Shown here in pieces: positions 13,611 through 27,585 of a stretch of 64,000 nucleotides of DNA (the first letter of the stretch is position 1; the number at the start of each line of letters is the position of its first letter). A model generated the notes under the pieces. It had not been told where the DNA came from. It saw nothing but the letters and a program-made list of their open reading frames with translations, and searched no databases. This stretch comes from Lama guanicoe (Eukaryota). Both the position numbers and the translations under genes were made by a program. Location of the stretch: the NCBI GenBank assembly GCA_013239625.1, contig MU054323.1, positions 4,814,214 to 4,878,213 on the forward strand, read 5' to 3'.

Positions 13611-13699
13611 AGAAGACCTTTCATTCTTCTTTAATAGGATGGAAGAGAGAGAACCCAAGGGGAACATCACCTGCTTCGTTTATTAATTTGTTTTACAGG

Positions 13700-14340
13700 T
13701 GATTCTGCAGATCAATGGGGGAAAACCATTTTTCAAAGGGAGACTGGATATCCATAAAAAAAAAGTTGTTTGGCCCCTTTGTCACAATACACACGAAGTC
13801 AGATTCTGGGAGATTGTATAGCTATATGTGAAAGTCACAGCTTTCAGATCATAGAGGAGAGTATCTTCATGACCTTGGGTTAGGGAAATAAAACAAAAGA
13901 AACTGAATGCCATGAACCTTAAAGGAAAGATTGATAAAATTCAACTACCAATAGTAAAAAGGTACCTCTATTCAAAGCTATAATCCAAAGGAAAACTCAC
14001 TGAGTAGAAGATACTTGCAACTCACTCATGTAATCGACAAAGGATTTATATCCAAGAGATACAAAAAATGTTTTCGAATCAATAAAAAACAGTACACTCT
14101 TAAAATGTACGTAAGCATTTTAAACAGGAAATCCACAAAAGAAGATACCCAAATGGTTAATATGGCAACCTGTGATGACTCATTAGTAATCAGGCAACTG
14201 CTAGTTCAATAAAAATAAAATGTCACTGCATGTCTACCACAAAAGACTGACAATCCCACACATGGTGAGAACATAGAACACCGTGCAAGTGGAAATGTAC
14301 CATGTCAGCAAACAATCTGGCATCATCAAGTGAAAGATGA
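13700..14340 (+). mobile_element. Very old L1 ORF2 3' fragment (L1ME-like)
   Basis: TATCTTCATGACCTTGGGTTAGGGAAA, GACAAAGGATTTATATCCAAGA, CACAAAAGAAGATACCCAAATGG. Confidence 0.65.
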
Positions 14341-15560
14341 CAGTAGCTTGCACAGGGTGTGCAGTTGAGGTGGTGAAAGTAGTAAATTATAGATATATTT
14401 TGAGGAGAGAGAATAGATTTGCAGTTAGAGTGTATCTGCTCAGGAAGAAAAGGATGGAGTGAAGAATAATTTCAAGGTGTGGTCTGAACAAATGGGTGAA
14501 TGAGGCTGTCATCTATCAGTGTAGGAAAGACTGTAGAAGAGCCTTTATTTTTCATGGTGGAGGGGATGGTTCAATAACTTGGTTTCTTGCCAGGTTAATC
14601 AGAAATGCCAGTTATGAATCCAAGGGCAATGTCAAGTAGGTGTTGCATATACAAATCTGGATTTGGGGGATAAGAGAGAGGCTAGGAAACTATACATGGG
14701 AGTCATCGGTGAAGAGAAAGTATTATAATTACTTAACTAAAAGTGATTCCCAAGGCAATGAATACAGAGTAAGAGGAAAGCCAGGAAAAGAACCATTGAC
14801 GTTTAAATGTTTGTGGCGGCGAGGAAGAACCAGCCAAGGAGATGGAGGATTGGTAGTGAGATGGAAGCATCAGCACGAGACAGTGGTAGCCTGGAAATCA
14901 ATCGGAGAAACAATAGTTTTCGGAGGAGACAGCAATCAACTGTTAAATTCTTGATAGGCAAGATTGATTTGATTTAGAAATGTAGAGACCATCGCTGACC
15001 TTGAAAACACAATTTTCAGAAGCCTGGCGGAAGTGAAAAGTCCCGATTGAAGTGGGTTCAAATAGAGAGGGGGAGAAACCCCTGGTAGAATATAGGGAAC
15101 ATTCTTGAAGAGTTTTGCTCTAAGGGAAAGGACAGAAAAGGAAGTATCAAGAGAGGGAAGTAGAGGAGAGAGGATAGGATGTGTGTATGCTGATGAGAGA
15201 GTGACAGGAGAGAGAGAAGCATTAATAGCATGAAAGAGAGCAGATATGGAAGCAATATCCTGAAATGGACAAAAGTCATGAGATCTCTTGTGCAAGCTGA
15301 CAAACTTCTATTAGGAGCACAATTAATTCATTTATTACAAAACCAGAGAAGATGGATCATTGGAACACTGCTATAGATAGGTAGTCAGATATATTAATAC
15401 ATGCTCCTGAAGTGTCTTTTCTAATTACTTTTATTGTCTCAGTAAAATAGGAAAGACAGACATTACCTCTACATGGAGAAAAGGAAGACATATAAGTTTT
15501 TATTTTTTTTAGGAGAGAGAAAATGACATGCTATTATCCCCCAGAAAAGCAGGAGAGTGC
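14340..15560 (-). mobile_element. LINE-2 fragment
   Basis: Purine-rich antisense L2: AATGTCAAGTAGGTGTTGCATATACAAATCTGG, CATCGCTGACCTTGA, GATTGAAGTGGGTTCAA, AAGAGTTTTGCTCTAAGGGAA. Confidence 0.75.
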
Positions 15561-15984
15561 ATGGGCAAGGGAATTGTAATAAGAATGCCAGGGAGCATTA
15601 AAATACTAATCTGCACAGGTTCTTATGTAAATATGCAACAATATGTCTTTTAAAATCACAAAACTGTGTTTTTTTCTTTTATATACTAAAATCATTGGTT
15701 GTGTTCTGAGAATACTCGATGAACCAGATGTTTGTGGTCATTGTCTTTAGGGAGCTTAACAAGATTATCACTCCTTTGAGGTCCTCTTGGGAAGCTAAAA
15801 AATTATTTCCATTACTTTGCTACTGAGAAAAACAGATTTTGATTCATTCTTTAGATATGCATTCAGAACATACAGACACAAAAACTGTACAAAGAAAGCT
15901 AATTTCTGATATATTTCATTTTTAAAAGAACATTATTTTCATGTTATTTCAAACTCAATTATCTATCTATTGCTTATTTCTCAT

Positions 15985-16100
15985 CTTCTGGATTTTAAGG
16001 ACAAAGAGGGCAAAAGCAATGTTTTCCACTCTACTCAATCTTCAGGTGCTGGAACGGTCCCTGGCAGATGCTAAGAGCTCAATAAATATTTGTTGAACAT
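15985..16100 (+). mobile_element. LINE-2 3' tail
   Basis: CCCTGGCAGATGCTAAGAGCTCAATAAATATTTGTTGAA. Confidence 0.6.
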
Positions 16101-17449
16101 ATAAATCAGTGGAAGGAACATAGTATATCAGGATTTGCTACTTGAAGAAATACCTAAGGAGAAAAAAGAATCACACGTATTTTTCATTTCTATATTCTAC
16201 ACTATTTTGTTGAAGGGGAGACTTAATAAATATTGGATAAATTTGATTAACCTATTCAAAATACATTAACTATAAGACATATGTAGCTCTAGAATATCAT
16301 AAGAGTACAATATAATGGAACTCACAGAGAATTTTGCTAGTTATTGTTTAAAAAGATTAAGAAAAGTTCTCAGCTCACTGAATTTTAGTCTTCGGCAAAT
16401 AAGGAAAATGTCATTAATTATTAATAAAAGCCTTTTCACTTATTAATCTGTGAACTGTATGTGTAGAGATGAATTGGGTGTTAATAACAAAATGCGAATT
16501 TGAAAGATAACACACCAAGCCATCAAGTTTGCTGAACAAAGTAAAGTTCTTACCTCTCCTGGGAATGAATTTCGTTAGGGAAAATGAATAATATTATTAA
16601 GAATGAGAATAATCGGTCATGGATGGGGAAGTTATGACATTGATACATATTCCTCTATAAATACTGAGATTTATTCTGTGCATCATTCAATGCATATTTG
16701 TTAAAAATTGAGTTAAAGGATCTCATATCAGCGATCTAGAAATATAATGTGAGAAGCATGATAAATGAAAGGATTGATTGTTCATGTTTTATGCTTCACA
16801 CATTTACTGACACAGAAAAACAATTGTTCATTTCGTTAAGCTCATTAATTATAAACTTAGGATCATTTAGGGATTGAAAAAAAAAACAACTTCTAAGTTA
16901 ATCTTTTGTTGTCAATTTCTGAATAAGTTATTTAAGAAAACTGGTGAACTGGTTAGCTATGGAATCCATCATTTCAAGTTTCTCATCTTGACTTCAATGT
17001 GAAAGTTTAGTTACTTATTTATTAAATACAAGCTGTTGTGGTGATTTATTTATCTATTAAATACAAGCTGGTGTATTATGTTTTAATTACGAAAACATCT
17101 GTAAAATATGTATTTTTTAATTGAATTAAACAATTAAGAGATTTTGTACTATCAAAAGTCAAATTTCAATCTAACTACATTGGGTTGTTTAATGGCTTTT
17201 TAAGTTTTGACTGATGCGGCTTCATTGATTATGTAATAACTTGAAATCATGCAAATATAATTTGCTTTGTCTTGGCACTAATCCAGACAACACTTCAAAA
17301 CTTAGAAGAAGCCTACTGTTCTCTGTAAATTGTATTGCTCCTCAACATGGTGAAAAGATAACTGGTAAGTTTATTAAAATCATTTCCTTCTGAAAATAGT
17401 GCTGGTTTTAAGAAGTTATTCCTAGTCATTACCTGTGGCCAAAGTCTCA

Positions 17450-19250
17450 TAAGTTTCAGGAATGAAACTTCTGGTGGCAGCCTCACATTGCCCAACTCTC
17501 AAAGAGCAGGTAAGTTGGGGACCCTGGTCTTCTCTCAGTCCGTTTTGTGTAAGTGGGACTGCTTAAGGAGGGACTGTATCTCTAAGATCTCTGTTTTCTG
17601 TTTAGATAGAATGCTTGCCATTATTAGCTATATGTTTATCGTGGCCACCCTTACACCCAGAATTCCTAAATAGGTGATCCCTTGGTCATCATTTAATGAA
17701 TCATTTGAATGATTTTGAATGCCTAAGCTGGCTTTGGGACGTCACTTGGGTTCATTTGAATTATTTCCTGACTTTAATCTTGCCTTTAAGGCCACGGAGT
17801 TATTAGCACAGTGCTGCACCCGTATCATGCAATGCCCACTGCCTTCCCACTACCTCATCACTTTGTTGATTTGGCAGAGTTTATGATGCTGCTCCAACGT
17901 GGGAAGAGATTCTCTTCAAGGAGAACTTGATCTTTCTGTAACTTCTTGCTATTGACAATTCCCTGAATTGAACTTATTTCTAAGGACTGCATTACCACTT
18001 CCCCATTCATGAAAAAGAGCCAGCTTTCTCTTTGTTCTACACACAGCCAAAAGGTATGAAATACATGTGCCTTCTCTGGTCAGCACGTAACTCAGTAAGG
18101 TGGCTGGCCACCTGGATCCCGTTCCTCTTTCAAACTTGCCAATATGATAACTCACTGAACTTTATAAGGGGGTAGTAAAGAGGAGGGGCAAGAATTTTTA
18201 CAATAATGGGGTCTTTAATATCACGTAACAAATATCAGTTTGGGAAGATGTATGTTCCCCAAATATTCTATGTCTTTCCATCTCCTAACTCACTGGCTTT
18301 AGCCACTAAGCTTATGGTCAACCAAGAGTAGTATTATTCTTCCCCCGTGAAGGAGACCAACATTACTGCCTTACTCCCACAAGGCCACTGCCCCAGTAAT
18401 AGCAACTGCTCTTCTTGATTACCTTCTTGGGAATACCACTAGGTAACATAGACGTGGCAACCCAAAAGTCTAAGAAAAACTACAGCAGTGCATTTATCAA
18501 GCCCATTCTAGATCTATACTGTATTTAAGGCTAGACTCTTCCAATGTTCCATCCCAAAATATTTCAGGCCACTTTGTCCAGAACAGTCTTTCAGAGACTC
18601 TGTAATGGAGTCCAATGACAGAATCAAGACAGATGTAAATTCCAATAAATACATGGCCCAAGTTGAAAACAAATCACTTGCCTTAAGTAGACTTTATTTT
18701 TCAGAATAAAATTATGTATAAAACCAAAGAAAATAAATTAAAATATGCAATGCTCTAGACAGTCTAAAGAAGAAAATATTAAAATAAGTCAAAACCCCCT
18801 GTTAGCCTATCTTACAGTATTATATTTATTCCTGAAAATGGGAAGTTACACATTCCTATGTTCCTTAAAAAAAAAGAAGACAAAAGATGGAGGAGGAAAA
18901 GGGAGAAGAAGAAGAAGAGGAGAAGAAAAAGAGGGAAGAGAAAGGAAGAAAAGAATGTCCCATGTCCCAGTCTTCCAGAAGGGTAGAGGCAATCACACCA
19001 ATTGAGAATAAGCACCACAAGTTAATTTCTAAGGGCTTTTTTAGCTGCCCATCTCTGGCACGAACAAAGTACCAGAATGTGGGGTAACGGACCTCCTTCT
19101 CATTGGCCCTGCTATGTTTCAGAGCATCTCAGTGCCGCCTGTTCTATAACCAAGTTTCCTTTAACTTCTGAGTCTGAAACATTTCTACCGATGCTGCTTT
19201 CTCCGGACAGTACGGTGTTTATACAGATGACAGGCAATCCTACTGACAAA
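17450..19250 (-). mobile_element. Highly decayed class III (ERVL-like) pol remnant
   Basis: Collinear frameshifted RT-like motifs on the minus strand: TGGCCTG..GATGGAACA (WP..DGTW), GAGCAGTTGCTATTACTGG (QFAFTW-like), GTAAAAATTCTTG (VKFL-like), AGAAAGCTGGCTCTTTT..GAATGGGGA (RKAxSFEWG-like). Confidence 0.5.
18865..18955. repeat. Purine-rich (GAA/GGA) low-complexity tract
   Basis: Seen directly; accounts for the E/K/R-rich spurious ORFs here. Confidence 0.85.
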
Positions 19251-19788
19251 ACACACTGATTTATCATTTCAAACAACTCCAGTTATTTGCTCTCCAAATA
19301 GTGCTTGACCTCGTTCAGTCATATCTGGGCATCTTCGATTTCCTGATATCCCTAAACACGTATCAACCTAATTGTGCCTGTTCTTCCAGCTTGGGTGTTG
19401 CCCCTGTGATGGTCCCTGGCATTCCTCTCAATATACAAATGTGTTCATTGTTTAGCTTGTTGGGAAAACAGCTGTGCTTAACTTTCTCTGCTGAATGGTC
19501 TTTTACAGTTTTCTTTATAATACATGTCTCAGACCCTACTGGGACCCTCTGTTGTAAGAAACGTGCTGCCTTTCATTTCTGGTTCTGTCAAAACATTTCT
19601 ATTCTTATTCTCCTGAGTAAGAAAATCGTATCTTCGAGTTAGTCTTCTGTGAACCCCACATCTAGCCCAGATCTGGATTCTGCCTTTTGAGATCTGCCTA
19701 CTTCCCTCCTCATTCATATCAGCCATCCTTTATCTTGGTTTCTATTTCTTATCTTATAAAATTTTTACAACATATTCCTTGAGAGAAG

Positions 19789-20272
19789 TGTTGGGACTCA
19801 GGGTAGGCAGGCCACCCAAAAACATGCCTTAAATGGCATATTTATTTTTTTGAATTAAAGTTACTTAAGAAATGGCTGATGGAAGAGGAATACTTTGACC
19901 CTCCTCTCTGTCATCCTAAAAGCGGGAAATAAATCTTCCATGTGAAAGATGTCTTCCTAGTTTAGGGTCCAGGATATATACACCTTATTACTTACTTACT
20001 TACTACCCAAAGTGCAATTTCCTTAAGTCCCTTATTAATTAAGTACACAAACCTGTTTCTTTGCCCTATCAACTCCTCAAAAATGTATTGTTTCTTCATG
20101 TAAAAAGTTACAAAATCTGCCTGCTTTATTTACTCTGTGAGCATCATCTTATGATCTGTGCCCATGAAATTAAATTGGTTCTTTTCCTGTTAATCTGCTT
20201 TGTGTCATTTTTACTATTAGTCCAGCCACAAGATCTCAAGAGGGATAGAGGAAGGAAATATTCTCCTCCTCA
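19789..20272 (+). mobile_element. Solo ERV1 LTR, MER34/MER39-like
   Basis: TG start, GGCCACCCAAAACATGCC, ATTAAA followed by TTTTCCTGTTAATCTG, end GATAGAGGAAGGAAATATTCTCCTCCTCA. Confidence 0.75.
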
Positions 20273-20424
20273 AAAGAATAGTTAATACCTGTGCCTCTGC
20301 TTATAATAATTTCCCTTGAAACTCCTTCAACAATAATTTGAGCATTTTGCAAACATGATACCCCTAGTCTTCCCCATTACACCTGTTCAAATAGTATATA
20401 AGCTGTTATAATCATCACAGTCTT

Positions 20425-20917
20425 AGATAAAGAAGTGTTGTATATTTTTATAATGGAATACTACTCTGCCATAAAAAAGAATAAAATAATGCCGTTTGCA
20501 GCAACATGGATGGATCTAGAAATTGTCATTCTAAGTGAAACCAAAAAGAGAAAGAAAAATACCATATGATATCACTCATAAGTGGAATCTAAAAAAAAAA
20601 AAAGGATACCATGAACTCATCTATAAAACAGAAACAAGACCCACAGATTTAGTAAACAATCTTATGGTTACTGGAGAAAGGGAGTGGGAAGGGGAAAATT
20701 TGGGAGTTTGAGATTTACAAATGTTAGCCACTACATATAAAACTAGATTTAAAACATTTATTTTGTATAGCACAGTGAACTATGTTCAATATTTTGTAAT
20801 AACTTTTAATGCAAAAAACAATGAAAATGAATATATGTATGTATATGCATGACTGGGACGTTGTGCTGTACACCAGAGATCAACACATTGTAATTGACTG
20901 TACTTCAATTAAAAAAA
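20425..20917 (+). mobile_element. 5'-truncated lineage-specific L1 with TSD
   Basis: 3'UTR ending GACTGTACTTCAATTAAAAAAAAA; TSD AATCATCACAGTCTT (20410-20424) and AATTATCCCAGTCTT (20918-20932). Confidence 0.9.
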
Positions 20918-22503
20918 AATTATCCCAGTCTTCAAGGACATAGTTTTCCATTAGTCCTAGTATGGACTCTATCTATAGCTTTAAGATGGCATTTCTCAAT
21001 TGTTCCCTGAGTCCTAGCTCCATACAAAGAAATTATTTCATTCTGGTCTCTGTGATCTTGCCTATATTCTTCCATTAGGTTTCTCAAGCTCTGATCATTT
21101 TTTTCTGGTTTGCTCATCAATAAAACATTTACCCCTTGTCCAGCCAAAACCTTAAAAGTAGTTAAACCTTGGTATATTATTTCCTAAGTACATTTTTTTT
21201 ACCTTTTCATTTGAATCACAGTCTTTCAAACCTTGAATTTCTTTGAAGAATATGCCTTTCTCTTTTTGCTTGGTTCTCCTAGATCATTCTCAGTCATTTG
21301 CAAAGACTTTTCTTTAAGTACCATCTCCTATTCATCTAAAGTACCATTTGCCTATGTCCAGACACTGTTTTCATACCAAGCTAATTCTCAAGATTAAGCC
21401 ACCTCAGGTATAAGCTTTTGGGGAATAATAATAATTGAAGAGGTAGCTCAAGTATTTGTGATCAACTCTCCTCTAAATCTGTCCGTGTGGGGGTTATACA
21501 TTCAAAACTGGCAGGAGCCTTCATTTCTGTCTGTTCATTTACACAATATATCCTATTTCAGTACACAGGGCTCCTATTTGGATTTCCAATATTCACAAGG
21601 ATAATAATCTACTGATGAGTATAATTTTAAGAGTATGCTAATAATAATTTAAAATGGCATATAATTTTCTATTGGCCTTGCTTTAGCTCTGCTGAAAGTT
21701 AGTGGTGACAATCTCAAAGCTTTTCAAAAACAAAAACTCTTAGTAACCTACAGACCTGGCTAAGAAAACAAAACACAGGTTACTAAGAGCACAGAAGTTA
21801 CTCTAAACTGGGTATTAACAACCTCCAAAGAACACCTTGAAGATAAGATGCTACGTGTCCTGGCTTCCTCAAAGTTTCTCCATATGTAACTTTGGACTGA
21901 TAATTCTGAGGTTTCACTGCTGACGGATGAGGTGGAGGGCTATGAGGCTACCACACCACTAAACCCGCAGCTCCCACCACTGAAGGGAGCAGGGTCCCCG
22001 ACTGCAAACCTTACGATGGAGTAGGGGGACTGCCAACAGGAGAAAGAGAGGGTGGACCGCACACGCTCCCTCTCCTCTTCCCAATCTCACTACCAAGGTA
22101 AGCTCTCCTTCCTCTCATGGGAGATGGGTTATGGAAGGGCCAGAGATCGGCGTGGAGTACAAAGCTAGGGGGCATTCAGCTATTTAGATGAACGTTTCAG
22201 GATGGGGGTGGGTCACTGGGGAACCGATCAATTTTTAAAACTTGCAAGCACATGTATATATATTTTTCAAGGAAAGGCTTTTGATTGATGGAAAATATTT
22301 TCACAGGAAGCTTCATTGTGTCCTCAACTCTCTGTAGCAAAGAGAATTCATTTGAACCTTCGATCATAGAAATACAAGACAAGAAAATCCAAATATAACT
22401 AGAGGATCTGCGGTCTTCTAATCCTGGTGTCCTGTTAGCTTAGCCAGGTCTTGCCTGTGCGAATTATCTTCATCCTTTAAGGGAGAAAATCATGCTTTTT
22501 TAC

Positions 22504-22614
22504 CTGCTGGAGTCAACTGAGATCTCTGCTGTTCCTGAAGTTGCCTGTGGCGTGAATGGAGACAAAAGCAGCTTTAATCTGCTTTATGCTGCCCATGGTT
22601 GGTAACATCTCTAT
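22504..22614 (-). ncRNA. Candidate internal exon (111 nt) of a putative spliced non-coding transcript
   Basis: Acceptor TTCTCTTGCTTACAG|A and donor CAG|GTAAAA; stops in all three frames. Splice signals only, no expression evidence. Confidence 0.3.
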
Positions 22615-23128
22615 CTGTAAGCAAGAGAACAACTATATGGAGTATATAACATTTTTTTCATAGATAAAGGTATGGTATGGGATTTATATAAACTGAATTT
22701 AGTAGCAACTTAATTTTGTTAAGTAATTTCTGAGCTCCCAGCAGCTTTTATTGAGTTTCTGGAAATAAAAGGTAGAGACTGAACAAAACATTGTAGTAGA
22801 GGTGTATTTCTAATGGTGAAGACGCAGAATAATAGCTTATCACACTGAAAGAACAAATGTAGTGTTAATTGTAAACATGTATAAGAATTGGGTTGACATT
22901 GCATAATATTGCTAATAATATTATGTTATATAAAAAAAAAAGAAACCAGAGTAGTTGTTACCATCTAAGAAATCATTAAGGGTATCAATACATTCACATG
23001 GTTTGTGTGGTGGTCTTTGTTGGGTGTATGGCTTAGTTTCAGTTCCTTTGGGAGTCACTTCTCGTTGGATTTGGTTTCCGGGGTTTCTAGAATGTGTGCC
23101 TTAACATAGTGCCAGACGTGGGGCTTAC

Positions 23129-23313
23129 CATTTCAGCAGCCACACCCGGGAACTGATTCTGTACCACTTTTAGGAAGGTAACATGTATGCTGTCCGAGGT
23201 CATTTTGTGCTGTTGAGTTATCTTCCCAGATAAATCAGTACACATCACATGCATGTTTTTGGAGCTGGACTAAACTGGAAGGTATGGTAGAATCTTCCCT
23301 AATTATTTCTGAC
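23129..23313 (-). ncRNA. Candidate internal exon (185 nt) of the same putative transcript
   Basis: Acceptor TTATTATCATTTTAG|G and donor AAATG|GTAAGC; no open frame through the exon. Confidence 0.3.
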
Positions 23314-26300
23314 CTAAAATGATAATAACAATGATGGTAGCATAAGTCTATCACTTTCTTTATTACCATAGACACAGTGAGAATTCATCAGTGATCAGTT
23401 CAGATTAAACTAGTTTATGGTCTATATTTAAAAGCAATTAATATACACTTTGATTTCTTCCTCCTAAAAACCTGAGAATTGGATGTGTCAGTTTAAGACA
23501 TAAGAAATCTGTCCTACAGAGAAATAAGCAACAAGTCCATGAGCACTCCGCAAATAAGTGGCTAAAATAGAAACTTGAAGCCGGGTTTACATCTTTCCTA
23601 AACCTGCATCTTGAACCATTTCATGAAACTTTTCCTGTTGAGTAGAATTCTCTAGCATGCAAGCTGATGAATTGCCTCTTACTAGGACTCAGGTAGCCCA
23701 GTTCACACTGCCCTTAATCAGGAACGTTAGTAGTGCTGAGCAGAAAAATAAGTCTGAGCCGAGGAACCTGTGAGAGGCCCACCTGAGCCTGCCCGATGAT
23801 AGCAAGTGTGTCCCCACAGCGCTGAAGCCTCAGCACACATGGGCTCAAGACCACCTCCCTCCTGTGCAACACTCCTTTCTGTCTTTCTACACCCTGTAGC
23901 TACATCACAGTATGTCCTGAAGCCTTGATAATTCAGTATAGTCCTGATGGTAAGGGGGAAAAAAAAATCTTACAAGCTGCTAGAGACCTAAAGAGCATCC
24001 ACTAGAGGTCTGGACCCAAAGCAAAACCTGGATAAAGATTTGAGGAAAATAGTGAGGAGGAAGGATTAATGCATAGGGAGTGCAAATTCCACTACAAACA
24101 TATTAGCATAACTTCCAGAAGTTTCATCCTTGGGACATCCCACAGCCACCCTGGAAACAGCCTTTGACTCTCAGGGTGATCCGTCAGCGGTGTGTCATTT
24201 CCCAGAACAGACTTAAGTCTGTGAGATGAGGAGACAGAGAACGGTGGCCACCCGGGAGAGACTCTTCTTTGGGCAGAGCGGCAGGGTCAGGAGCAATGAA
24301 AGTCCTGAATGTCCTCTGAGCATTATTTGACAACAATGCAGTTCTTTCATGGGACTGACGTCCAGTCAGTTAGAGAAAAACCCTTTGAACTTTTAGTTTT
24401 GGAAAATAGACTTTATATAAAACGACAGATAATAGGGTAATAGTGTAAATTTTTTTTCTAGTCCAGTCAAATGCTTGGCATCAAGCAGTGAGGGGGAAAA
24501 GTCGGGAAAAAAAAAAAAAACCTCCTAAGCTTAAGCTTTTTCTGTAATTATCTAAAATTATCTAGATTAAACTTGAATATATCTACTGTACCTCATTAAG
24601 CACCCTGTTCCACTGCCTGCCCTTTCTATCTGAAAATGTTCTCTCATTTTCAAATTGAATTTCTCCCCCATTAACTTACTGCTTAGGTATATTTTAATGG
24701 CTTTCCTTTCAACACGAGCCCACTTGTTTTGGCCATGAAATTATCTCGTTTCATTGTACAAAGCCCAGCTTCATTTCTAATTTTCGGTAATTGTGTCCAT
24801 TTCTAGGTGAAAAACGTAAGCCCAAACAAAAGCCCTCTTAAAACAGGCCTCTCATTTTCAATTCTTTCTCTTCCAGGCGATGGTTGTTCATTTTCCTTAC
24901 AATGGTGCATGTCTGCTCCCCCTCTCCAGTGCACTGTTAGAGCTAACACAGAGAAGCATCTGCACCCGGCTGTGTGAGGTCGTCCGATGGGAAGCTGACA
25001 GCCGCACACAGCAATAGACCCCACAGGTGAAGTGGCCTCCAGGCAGCCCATCACCCGTTTGCCTTCTGCGTAAAAGCTTAAGGAGAACGCAATCCTATCC
25101 TTAACTTTTCCATTAACTAGAAATTCACTGGCTTGAAGCTTTGTCATATAGAAACTCTGGGGAGAGAAAAAGCACAATTTATTTCAATCCCTACACACTC
25201 ACACATAAACACACACATGTGATATGCATTTGCATGCGTGCACACTCACACATACACTCTAAAAATCACATGTACTATACGATCTAAGACACAGAATGTC
25301 TTTTGAAAGTTGTTTCAAAATGATTCACCAATCACCTTTTCATCTTTGGTTTGTGTCAATTTGCCCCTAGGGGAGGATGGATGGAAGATGACACTCCAAG
25401 TGGAGGAATGAGCTTGTAGCAAGGCACCATGGGTTGAAAGGACCTTGAAATTTTGCAAAACATGGGGAAGTAAGTACATCTGGCACAGAAAAAATAACAC
25501 ATGCGCAATGAGTTTGCAGCTGAAACTTGGAGTAAAGCTGAGAAGAGCCTTATGTGCCAAGCCTCAGACCCTGGACATGATCCAGACACACAGTGTATGA
25601 ATCAAGTATCTGAACTTAATCCAAGTGATCCGAAGGGCATGCAAATCATTTCAAACAAAATAAGACTTATCAACTGCTTTTATACACACACACACACCTA
25701 CACACATACATAAAAACAAACATTATTTGTTAAAATGCACTTACATCTTACATTTCTTCCCTTAGTAATGGTCTGTAAAACACAGAGGCAAAAAAAAAAA
25801 AAAAAACAAAAAAAAACTCACACCTCTGCAGAAGTAGGACAAATAGTAGGATGATTCTCATTGTAAGAATGAGGAATCTCAGACTCAGGGCAGCTAAATG
25901 AATTTTCAAGTTCACACAATTTCACCGCATTGATGTTTCCTAATTCAATAGCTCGATGCTACTACACCAAGCTGGAGAAAGTTGCTAAGAATTGGTAAAG
26001 AGGAGGACTGGCTTATAAAAATGGGTCTCAGTGTAGTTGCACCAAAGGATTACTGAGTTCCCATAGGAAGACCGGGCACCAGAGCACAGAAGCATAGAAG
26101 TGTGAAAGATTAATATTATATCCAGATTCAGGAAAAGATTTTGACAGAAATGTTTGCTAGGGGATTATTTATAATGAGAAAAAATGGAAATAATGTATGT
26201 GTTACTGAATGTGAAGGCTAAATAAATAATGTGCATAACATATTTCAGTATCATGTGGGCATCAGGAAAAATTTTTAATTAAATGGAAAAAGATTCTCTG

Positions 26301-26719
26301 GGTAATGTTTAGAAAAACAGAACACACACACACACACTTCCAAAAAACAACAATCAAACAAAAACCATATACACAGCCCCACTCAATACACTTTCACATA
26401 TGATTGTCATTTATCCATTCATCTAGCTCTATGCCATGCCTTGATCTCTCCAACTAACTGTGCTTTCAATCTGTCTATCTACCAGGCATGTATAGGAGAC
26501 TGGAAGGAAACACATTAATTAGATATTAGGTTTTTTTTTCCTTTTAAAATTATTTTTCTCCATATGCTTCCCAGTGTGGTAGAGAAATCTGGTGAGAGAA
26601 CTCACACACCACTAGTCTCTAAGGTGGATAACTTTGCCTCCTCCATAAAATATACACAATCACTTATTGGCTTGTATTTAAATGGCAAGTGAGGAATCCG
26701 GGCACAAGAAACTAACAAC

Positions 26720-27480
26720 ACAACAAGTCAGTGAGCATTTGCCACAAGTGCCTTCTATATATTGGGCAAGGGAAATCCCCTGTCTTCATGGAGTCACGTG
26801 ATCTAAAGGTAATTTTTTAAATGCAGTACCAAGGCGAATGTGAGTTATGTGATAAACAAGGAAATGAGAGGTATTTGGAAATGACATATTCAGAACGTAG
26901 AGTCTAGTTTAGGAAAATGTCAAAAGACTTACAGAGGAAGAGCTATTGAGACTAAGACCCTAAAGGGATGTTGGCAATATTTGTCCAGAAGGAAAGATCT
27001 GGACACGTGAAGTCCCTGAAATGAGAGACCCCTGCCACGCTGGAGAAACTAAACGGTATTCAGATTGATTGGACCACAGAGTGCATGTTTGAGGGGGAAA
27101 GAATTAAAAGATGAGGCTTTACAAGTAGGGAGTGGCAAGTAGTAAGTGTTTCTAAAAGTCTGTAAAGAAACTCGGGATCTGTCCAGAGAACAGCAAAATT
27201 TTAATGGATCTAGTTGAGGAGTAGAGGTGGTCAGGTCAGCATTTTAGTGGGTTTATTCTGACTGCATTGTACAGTGGTGATTGATTGTAAATAAGATTGG
27301 ATGGAGGGCTGTCTGTTAGGAAGCTGTTTCAATAGTCCCAGAAAGAGATGAGGAGGAGGGGCTTGAATACTGTAGTAAAAACATAAATGGAGGAAAAATT
27401 ACAATCTACAGACTTTAGATGCAATGATACGAATAGGATGATGAGGGCTCAATTATAACTGGATGGTTTTCTTGAGAGAG
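26720..27480 (-). mobile_element. LINE-2 fragment
   Basis: Antisense L2 3' region: GAGCATTTGCCACAAGTGCC...GTCTTCATGGAG, GTTAGGAAGCTGTTTCAATAGTCCCAGAAAGAGATGA. Confidence 0.65.
26770..26779 (+). promoter_or_regulatory. NF-kB consensus site
   Basis: GGGAAATCCC matches GGGRNWYYCC; motif match only. Confidence 0.3.
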
Positions 27481-27585
27481 TTTGGATGAGATATAAGTGG
27501 CAGAAGGTGTAGAAAAGTCAGATGTTTCATACAAAAAACTTAAATTATCGTTTAAAAGTATTATGTCATGTATATTAGAGCTTAC

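Noticed and set aside
16554..16558. Minus-strand 5-nt microexon-like pattern (CTAAC...TTCCCAG|GAGAG|GTAAG)
   Set aside because: Not frame-preserving, no host gene identified, and easily produced by chance.
17015..17074. Short tandem duplication of TATTAAATACAAGCTG (a similar one lies at ~11795-11830)
   Set aside because: Two copies only; ordinary slippage, not an array.
18745..19087. E/K/R-rich ORFs (also 62123-62356)
   Set aside because: Translations of purine-rich low-complexity tracts.
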